NCBI GenBank assembly: GCA_963810935.1
Contig: CAWEPK010000008.1
Span: 128,001 to 192,000, forward strand
DNA from: an uncultured delta proteobacterium
GTDB lineage: Bacteria > Desulfobacterota > Syntrophorhabdia > Syntrophorhabdales > WCHB1-27
DNA length: 64,000 nucleotides
Reading direction: 5' to 3'
In this document: positions 58,201 to 64,000 of the stretch, piece by piece
Layout of the letters: every line of letters starts with the position of its first letter
How positions within the stretch are numbered: the first letter of the stretch is position 1
Position numbers and translations under genes: made by a program
The notes under the pieces: generated by a model
What the model saw: only the letters and a program-made list of their open reading frames with translations
What the model was told of the DNA's origin: nothing
Database searches by the model: none

Positions 58201-59427
58201 GACCTCCGGGTCGATGGAAATGGCCGCCTCCGCCTGGGCGGTTATCTCATTCCGGACAAGGTCGGCGCCTATGAAGTCCGCAGTCAGGTAGCGGCCGGAC
58301 CCTGTAGTGGCCACGCCCACTATCTCGACGAGGTCCCCGATTTCGGGACCTATCTCAGCAAGGCCGCGCTTGACGGCCTCCAGAGGGCGCCCCTCCGTCA
58401 TGAGGTATCTTTTCGCCATTACGTTCTTCTCCTCGTCAATGAGGACGAGGTTCGTGCTGATAGAGCCGACGTCCACGCCGAGATAGGCGCGCACCTTCTT
58501 TTCAGGTCGCGTTACTTTATAGGCGACGTGCAGGTTCGCCTCCGATATGGCAAGCGGCTCGTGCGCCTCGGCCTCTTCCTGCCTGGCAAGGTACTCCTTC
58601 ACCTTCCCAATGCCCAGGAACTGCACTTTCAACTGCGGGTCGTCCAGGACGGCGAAAACGGCGCCGAGGGCGCCCATGGAGGCAAAACGGTCGGGCACGA
58701 TCAACTCGCCCTCGATGGAGAAGACCTCCTCTATCGCCCGCCTCATGCCTGCGTTCGCCGCGACCCCGCCTATGAACGCCAGGGGCTTCTTTATCTCCTT
58801 GCCTTTCGCTATGTTGCTTTTAAAGTTGCGGGCCAGTGCGAAGCAGAGCCCGGCGACCAGCTCGTAATCGGGTGTAGCTATCTGCTGCAGGTGGATCATG
58901 TCGGACTTGGCGAAAACCGTGCACCGCCCTGCGATCCTGGGCGGCTTCTCCGACTTCAGGGCGGCCTGCGCGAACTCCTCTATGGTGAAGCCGAGGCGGG
59001 TCGCCTGCTGGTCCAGGAAGGAGCCCGTGCCGGCCGCGCAAAGGGTGTTCATCGAAAAGTCCTTCACGCGCAGCCGTTTGCGCTGCCCGTCCATCTCGAA
59101 TATGATGAACTTGGAGTCTTCCCCGCCGATGTCTATGGCGCTTCCTACATGCGGGAAAAGGTGATGAAAAGCCTTAGTTAGGGCGATAATCTCGTTAGTA
59201 AAAGACGCGCCGACGAGCGAAGCGAACACCTTGCCGCCGGTCCCCGTGACTGCGGCGAACTCGATGGCGTTATCATACTTGGCCTGAATCTCTTCAAGAA
59301 CCGCCGCCGCCGTATTGACGGGCTTTCCTCTGTGGCGCAGATACCGGTCTTCGATGATGTTGCCGCTTTCGTCAAGCACGACCAGATTCACGCTAACAGA
59401 CCCTATGTCAACTCCTACCCTGAACAT
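55288..59427 (-). CDS. CoA-substrate-specific enzyme activase: two BcrA/BadF-type ASKHA ATPase domains plus DUF2229-like domains (1379 aa)
   Basis: GVDIGSVS and GVDVGSIST, two D/EIGG(E/Q)DSK, two CAAGTGSFL, CKGCENLC, CFPIK, GCGPDS, GPCRFGQY, PFTCMP. Confidence 0.92.
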   Translation of the reverse strand: MFRVGVDIGSVSVNLVVLDESGNIIEDRYLRHRGKPVNTAAAVLEEIQAKYDNAIEFAAVTGTGGKVFASLVGASFTNEIIALTKAFHHLFPHVGSAIDIGGEDSKFIIFEMDGQRKRLRVKDFSMNTLCAAGTGSFLDQQATRLGFTIEEFAQAALKSEKPPRIAGRCTVFAKSDMIHLQQIATPDYELVAGLCFALARNFKSNIAKGKEIKKPLAFIGGVAANAGMRRAIEEVFSIEGELIVPDRFASMGALGAVFAVLDDPQLKVQFLGIGKVKEYLARQEEAEAHEPLAISEANLHVAYKVTRPEKKVRAYLGVDVGSISTNLVLIDEEKNVMAKRYLMTEGRPLEAVKRGLAEIGPEIGDLVEIVGVATTGSGRYLTADFIGADLVRNEITAQAEAAISIDPEVDTIFEIGGQDSKYISIDNGVIVDFEMNKACAAGTGSFLEEQAERLGISIKDEFSALAFQSRGPTKMGERCTVFIESDVMHHQQSGSKTDDIVAGLCYSIVLNYLNKVVGDRRVGKKIFFQGGTAFNKGVVAAFEKVCGKPITVPSHHDVTGAIGAAILAMKEKTWEKSGFKGFDLSKRRYDIDTFECKGCENLCEIRKVTCEGETPLYYGSRCEKYDVVRRTKLATGKDLFKLRGDLLHDTYKGTVDGEVIGIPKILNMHELLPFWRSFLTELGFSVVLSDSTNTKIIKEGVENIIVESCFPIKLAHGHILNMMDKGIKRLFMPSIISLRKQSEGVLNSFACPYAQSLPYTSRASIDFESVGVKVHSPVVYFGRGPKVALDNLTVFGKTLGKSKKAVEAAFSVANEVQDRFYRTCLDEGSDFLASLKPGEKVMVLVGRPYNSMDPGASLNVHKKLSDLGVASIPIDMLPLDVVEEDEDLKDMYWGYGQKILRAAKIIRSNPNLYAIYITNFGCGPDSFITHFFKKVMEGKPFLQLEIDEHSGDAGIITRLEAFLDSIKNARVDLKPEKHSVSSFKGDGRRKIYIPFMSDHSIPFAGAFRACGVDAEVMGESDEETVRIGRKFTLGKECFPCILTTGDMLKTSKRPDFDPDRSAFFMPSGSGPCRFGQYHRFHRMVLSEHGFDNVPIYSPNQDDRLYQELDIMGGRFSRLGWRAILATDFLVKMMHQTRPYESLKGETDRVYAGALRGVEQAIEAGGDAVYGALEDAADAFLAVGKTGAEKPVVGIVGEIYIRSNRFSNNDLVRKVEEFGGETWLAPISEWITYVNYMGKKKSQHRRGLSNFVHIALAEYIQKKDEHRMERIFERYLRQGREPKIAHVLNQAMPYIDESFEGEAILSIGKSIEFIARGASGLINAMPFTCMPGTVSSAILKLIQNKYDVPVINVAYDGQGESNITTRLEAFMHQVTEYSRK

Positions 59428-59516
59428 CCCTGCCTCCGCCCGAATTGAGTTGATTTTGAGAGACTGCCGTGCTACCTAATTATAATACAAAAGCGCGCCT
59501 TTCAAAAGAAAAACTG

Positions 59517-59792
59517 ATGATACGAAGAGCCAAAGTCAGAGTAACAGGGGGGGTCCAGGGCGTCTTCTTCCGGCGGTATACGAAGCTGAAAGCGGACGAG
59601 CTGCGCCTTGCGGGCACCGTACGCAACCTGCCGGACGGGTCGGTAGAGGTTGTATGCGAGGGCGACGAGGCGCAAGTCGAGCAACTGATCGCCTGGTGCC
59701 GGCGCGGCCCGGACAGCGCCCACGTGACCGGAGTAGACGTGCAATGGCAAGAGCCGACGGGTAAGTTTCGCCAGTTCACCATAGCGTATTAA
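59517..59792 (+). CDS. acyP: Acylphosphatase
   Basis: VTG.VQGVFFR, G.VRNLPDGSVE, GP..A.V. Confidence 0.93.
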   Translation: MIRRAKVRVTGGVQGVFFRRYTKLKADELRLAGTVRNLPDGSVEVVCEGDEAQVEQLIAWCRRGPDSAHVTGVDVQWQEPTGKFRQFTIAY

Positions 59793-59806
59793 ACAGCACT
59801 ACTTCA

Positions 59807-60394
59807 TTACTTTATGGCCATTGCGCCTTGCAGGCCCGTACGTATAAACATAATAGCTATACTTGCCAACAGGAGGACAAACACCCTCGCCATTGCCTCT
59901 ATCCACCTCCTGCTGATGAAGCGGAGTATCTTCAGCGAATACTTGAAAAGTATCGCCGCGATCAGCATGTTCAGCAGGACGGAGACAATTACGTAGATGA
60001 AGCCGAAGGTGTTGTACACGATGAGCGAGGTGGTCAGCAGGGCCGGGCCGGCGAGAAGGGGCACGCCCAGCGGCACTACCGCAAAAAGGTCCTCCTGGCC
60101 CGCCATGTCTTCCGTCTTGCCGCCCAGCAGGTCTTTCGTGGAGATGATGAAGAGGATGACGCCGCCCGCGATCTGAAAGTCGTGGATCGATATGTTGAGG
60201 TAGTGGAGTATCCCGTTGCCGATGACTATAAAGGCCAGGGTGATGAGAAACGCCGTTATGATGGAATCGCGGAGGACGTGGGCCTTCTGCCTATCGGTGA
60301 GGTCCGCCGAAAAACGCGCATAGAGCGGCAGGACGCCCAGCGCGTCAAGGGCAAAGAATAGAGGGATAAACGATTTCAGAAAATCTTCCCACAC
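59807..60394 (-). CDS. MarC family membrane protein
   Basis: FIPLFFALD, FQIAGG.ILF, VPLGVPLLAGPA; start GTG at 60394 or upstream. Confidence 0.9.
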   Translation of the reverse strand: MWEDFLKSFIPLFFALDALGVLPLYARFSADLTDRQKAHVLRDSIITAFLITLAFIVIGNGILHYLNISIHDFQIAGGVILFIISTKDLLGGKTEDMAGQEDLFAVVPLGVPLLAGPALLTTSLIVYNTFGFIYVIVSVLLNMLIAAILFKYSLKILRFISRRWIEAMARVFVLLLASIAIMFIRTGLQGAMAIK

Positions 60395-60467
60395 GGTGTT
60401 TGACTCCCTGATGTTTATACCTACATTAAAATATATCGCCTCCATACCGAATTCCAAAGGAGGGCCT

Positions 60468-60635
60468 ATGCCTGTCTATGATTTTAAATGCCGTGGATGC
60501 AGCAAGGAATTCACGGTAACGGCCCCTGTAAGCCGAATCGAGAAGGGCAAAGCTGTTAAATGTCCCGAATGCGGCCGGAAAAACGCGGAACAGCTCCTCA
60601 CCGTTTTCGCGCCCAGGACCTCAAGAAAGAGCCGA
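60468..60635 (+). CDS. FmdB-family zinc-ribbon protein; expected stop reads CGA as assembled
   Basis: GGAGG RBS, MPVYDFKCRGC...CPECG...TSRKS. Confidence 0.8.
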
Positions 60636-60827
60636 GGGTCCCTTCTCTCTTATCACTACCTTGTTCTCGGAAAGCGAGACAGAAACTATTTCCGCCTCGT
60701 AGACCTTTTGCTCGCCGAAGATCGTTTCGAACCGCAGCCCGTCCTGCTCCTCCTCGATAAGGTAGACGTCCTTGAGGAGCAGCGTCTCATCTCCGTTTGT
60801 CTTCTTAAATACCTTTACTTCACACAT
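60621..60827 (-). CDS. CooT-family nickel-binding protein
   Basis: N-terminal MCE (Cys2), LLKDV, IFGEQK, 68 aa. Confidence 0.8.
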   Translation of the reverse strand: MCEVKVFKKTNGDETLLLKDVYLIEEEQDGLRFETIFGEQKVYEAEIVSVSLSENKVVIREKGPSALS

Positions 60828-61237
60828 CTTTCCGTCTCCTTCTCCACCAGGTCAACCAGCAGGCCGACCAACTGGGGTATCGACATCTCATTCCTGCCTA
60901 CCACAGTCACGTTTTCCTGCGTGACCGGAAGCACGAACTTCGAGGCGCCCGATTCCGCTATCGCCCTGGCTACAAGGGGCGTCAACTCCCCGAGCATGGA
61001 GTTGGCCATGAGTATGTTCATGGTCCCTATAATAATATCCGCCTTCCTGACGGTCGAGACAATCGCATTCTCGCCGGAGGCGCCCCGGTTTGCCCTCGCC
61101 TTCATCATGTTCTGTGTGGCCGCGGAGTTCGTACCCAGGGCGATGATCTCTATATTCTCCTTGAGCCTTTCCTTCAGCCTGGAGATGATGATGCTCCCTA
61201 TTTTGCCGCCCTGACCGTCAACCACGCATATAGTCAT
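60815..61237 (-). CDS. DUF3842 family protein
   Basis: VVDGQGG.IG, ALGTNSAAT..M.KA.A..GASGENAI, MLGELTP. Confidence 0.85.
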   Translation of the reverse strand: MTICVVDGQGGKIGSIIISRLKERLKENIEIIALGTNSAATQNMMKARANRGASGENAIVSTVRKADIIIGTMNILMANSMLGELTPLVARAIAESGASKFVLPVTQENVTVVGRNEMSIPQLVGLLVDLVEKETERCVK

Positions 61238-61361
61238 TGCCCGCTGCGCTTTGCTTTATTGCCGCTGATACTCAGCGGTAATATTATAGTAATCGATTGC
61301 GCGGCCATTTGTAAACGCCTATTCGATTATCGCGGACGATGGGCATGGCGGAAAGGGGGTT

Positions 61362-62015
61362 TCAGGCTCCGGGTAAGCGCCTTTTTCCGTCTGCGAGGGG
61401 GCAGCCGGCGCATTCCGGCTTCTTTTTGCAATGGCGCTGGCCCAGGCAAACGATCAGGGCGTGGTACTCGTTGAAAAGGTGCACGTCTTCCGGGAGGTTT
61501 TTTATGAAAAATCTTTGCACGTCGTCGTAATCTTTGCCTTTGTACAACCCGTGGGCCGCCAGAAAGCGCACCGCATACGCATCGACGACGAAAACCGGGC
61601 GGTCGAACGCGTAAAGCAGTATGCTGTCAGCCGTTTCCGGGCCTATGCCGTTTACCGCGAGCAGCCGCTCTCGCAAAACCGCAGTCGCCTCGTTCCGCGT
61701 GTTTTCGATATAACCGCCGTAGCGCGCGTGGAAATCGGTGATGAGGGCTTTCAGGCGCTTCGATTTAAGCCTGTAGAACCCTGCCGGGCGTATGACCTCC
61801 GCAAGCTCCTCCTCGCCGATGGCGTGAAGGGCGTCCATCTCCATAAGCCCCCTGCCCTTCATGTTGGCAACGGCCTTCTCGACATTCCGCCAGGCCGTGT
61901 TCTGTGTGAGGACGGCGCCGACCATGACTTCCAGTCCCGAATCACCCGGCCACCAGTGGCGGGGACCGAAGGCACCCAGGAGCCGCCCATAGATATCGAG
62001 CAGGTTTTTACGCAT
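61362..62015 (-). CDS. HhH-GPD endonuclease III-related protein
   Basis: WWP, GAVLTQNTAW, GIGPETADSI, VVDAY, C..KP.C..CPL. Confidence 0.9.
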   Translation of the reverse strand: MRKNLLDIYGRLLGAFGPRHWWPGDSGLEVMVGAVLTQNTAWRNVEKAVANMKGRGLMEMDALHAIGEEELAEVIRPAGFYRLKSKRLKALITDFHARYGGYIENTRNEATAVLRERLLAVNGIGPETADSILLYAFDRPVFVVDAYAVRFLAAHGLYKGKDYDDVQRFFIKNLPEDVHLFNEYHALIVCLGQRHCKKKPECAGCPLADGKRRLPGA

Positions 62016-62099
62016 CGGAATAGGCTACCACAGGCGCTGCCCGTTGGAAACCGGCGGCGGGGCGCTTGCCGACCTGCCGGCCCGTTGCCATAATACTTT

Positions 62100-64000
62100 A
62101 TGGCCGTCGCCGCCTTCGCGAAAAGATTATGGCGTACGCGCGTGGGGCGGATACTGTTTTGGGCGGCCGTCGTAGTCGCCGGTTATACGGTCCTCGGTTT
62201 TCTCGTCGCCCCGCTCGCGCTCAAACCCGTCCTCGCCTCGCAACTAACGAAATCGATGCACCGGCAGGTAAGGATCGAGCGGCTGCGCCTCAACCCTTAT
62301 ACCCTTCACGCGGCCGCAAGCGGCGTCCGCATATCCGACCCCTCGGGGAAATCCGTCTTCGCCTCCATCGATCAGGTCTACGTCAGCTTCAAAATGTTCG
62401 CCTCGATCTTCAGGCGCGCTATCGTGCTGAATGCGGTACGCATCGATGGACCCTCCCTGAGCGTGGTCCGGCTCGCAGACGGCTCGTACAATTTTCAGGA
62501 CCTTCTGAAGACGACCGGAAAGCCGACCCGGTTCTCCGTAAGCAACGTCCAAATTGCAGGCGGCAGCGTCGATTTCAGCGACATGCCGAACGGGACGGGA
62601 CACACTGTACGCAACATGGCCGTCAATGTCCCGTTTATCTCGAACATTCCGTACTATGCCGACGTTTACATCCATCCCCTCTTCCGCGCGGACATCGACG
62701 GCGGGCACTACGATATCGGGGGTGAGACGAAACCGTTCGCCAAATCGCTGCAAACGGACGTGCGCGTCACGGCGACGAGCGTCGATATCGCCCGTTACCT
62801 CTCCTACCTGCCGCTTTCCGCCCGTATAGGGCGCGTATCGGGGTTCCTCGACCTCGATATCACCGCGTCTTACATGCTGCACGAATCGAATCCGCCCACC
62901 CTTTACATCACGGGACGTACGGCCCTCAGGGACTTTTCGGTTGACGGCAAAGACGGGGCCCCGGTCCTGCGGCTGCCGCGCCTGGAGATGTCCCTTGCGC
63001 ATGCGGAGCTGTTCTCCATGGACGTCAATATCGCCCGTCTGGCGCTGGCCTCCCCCGATCTCACTCTGGCAAGGGACGCCCAGGGCAACATCAACGTTCT
63101 ATCACTCGTTTCTACAGGACAGCAGGCCAAGGGTCAGGAACAGGCGCCCGAAGCCATACCCGCGAAACTCCGGGTGGACGAGCTTACCCTGAACGGCGGC
63201 CGCGTCAGTATCACGGACAGGGTGCCCGTCAAGCCGTTCACGACAATCCTCGATGCCGTCGAGCTGCGCCTGACCAACTTTTCGTCAGAAAAGGACCGGC
63301 AGGCCGATCTTTCGTTCTCTTTCGATACGCCGCACAAGGGTCGGGTATCGATTAGCGGCCGGGCGGGCGTTAACCCCGTTTTCGCGGCTGTGGACACGAC
63401 GGTGCGCAATGTCCCGCTCGCGCCTTTCCAGTCCTACATGCCGCAGGGCACGAGTATTGTCATCGAGGGTGGCGCCCTATCGGCCGTGGGACGCCTTTCG
63501 GCACGGTGGCAAGAGGCCTCCGGTCTTTCCCTCGCCTACGCGGGCCGCGTTTCGTCTACGGCCTTCTCCTGTACCGACGCGGGCACGGGCAACAGGCTGG
63601 TTGCATGGAAATCACTATCAACGGAGGACCTCGCGGCCTCGACGGGCCCGCTTTCCGTCCGCGCGCAGGAGCTTGCCCTTGCCGGTTTCTATATGCGCCT
63701 CGCCATCAATGAGGACGGCACGCTGAACGTCCAGCAAATCATGAAGCCGGCGCCAGGCAAGAAGGGTGATCTCAGGCCGACGCAGAAGGCAGGGCAGGCC
63801 CCGGAGGAGCAACCGCAGGCCTCCTCGAAAAGCACTCTCGGCCGTGTAGAGATCGGGCGCGTCACGCTCAAAGAAGGCGTGGCCGACTTCTCCGACCGGT
63901 ACATCAAGCCGCCTTACTCGGCGCGGGTCACGCATATGACCGGCGGCGTCTCAGGCCTATCGTCAAAGACCGGCGCACCCGCCCGTATCGACATAAAGGG
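62100..64000 (+). CDS. DUF748/AsmA-like envelope protein; runs off the window end (absent from the ORF track)
   Basis: Manual translation: MAVAAFAKRLW...YTVLGFLVAP...LRLNPYTL, repeated 'DG.YNF.DL / G.INV / DGTLNV' units. Confidence 0.8.
   Translation, partial: MAVAAFAKRLWRTRVGRILFWAAVVVAGYTVLGFLVAPLALKPVLASQLTKSMHRQVRIERLRLNPYTLHAAASGVRISDPSGKSVFASIDQVYVSFKMFASIFRRAIVLNAVRIDGPSLSVVRLADGSYNFQDLLKTTGKPTRFSVSNVQIAGGSVDFSDMPNGTGHTVRNMAVNVPFISNIPYYADVYIHPLFRADIDGGHYDIGGETKPFAKSLQTDVRVTATSVDIARYLSYLPLSARIGRVSGFLDLDITASYMLHESNPPTLYITGRTALRDFSVDGKDGAPVLRLPRLEMSLAHAELFSMDVNIARLALASPDLTLARDAQGNINVLSLVSTGQQAKGQEQAPEAIPAKLRVDELTLNGGRVSITDRVPVKPFTTILDAVELRLTNFSSEKDRQADLSFSFDTPHKGRVSISGRAGVNPVFAAVDTTVRNVPLAPFQSYMPQGTSIVIEGGALSAVGRLSARWQEASGLSLAYAGRVSSTAFSCTDAGTGNRLVAWKSLSTEDLAASTGPLSVRAQELALAGFYMRLAINEDGTLNVQQIMKPAPGKKGDLRPTQKAGQAPEEQPQASSKSTLGRVEIGRVTLKEGVADFSDRYIKPPYSARVTHMTGGVSGLSSKTGAPARIDIK

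Noticed and set aside
57421..59181. 586-aa plus-strand ORF and many other long antisense ORFs
   Set aside because: Shadow frames of GC-rich genes on the opposite strand; no motifs or RBS
1..64000. CRISPR arrays, transposases, prophage or defence genes
   Set aside because: No regularly spaced repeats and no recognisable mobile or defence motifs found by reading

Overview
GC-rich (~60%, estimated by eye) chromosomal segment. Gene content suggests an anaerobic Desulfobacterota/deltaproteobacterium, possibly a syntroph (inference). Housekeeping content includes tRNA-Ile2(CAT), pilD, rluB, leuB, purD, a stand-alone PurH IMP-cyclohydrolase domain, nudC, a DEAD-box helicase, fni, proC and pcm. There is an HcpR/hcp nitrosative-stress locus with a clear palindromic operator, and two islets of small stress-type membrane proteins (YtxH x2, DUF948, DUF3096, DUF1328 x2, PA2779-like, BON). 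The window also has an M16 peptidase pair, an orphan TRAP DctP, a 1379-aa CoA-dehydratase activase and a CooT/DUF3842/FmdB group. The most interesting part is a ~15.7-kb minus-strand operon (49770->34042). It starts with Wza, a Wzc-type co-polymerase and a kinase with a degenerate Walker A. These are followed by five GT9 heptosyltransferase-like genes (one is a half protein), GT4, two GT2, SDR, GmhB, a NodU/CmcH carbamoyltransferase, a radical SAM enzyme with an auxiliary Fe-S domain and a methyltransferase, with no flippase, polymerase or priming transferase. About ten genes are broken by apparent single-base insertions, most likely sequencing or assembly error. No CRISPR array, rRNA or mobile element was seen. 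All product calls come from motif recognition, not database searches.
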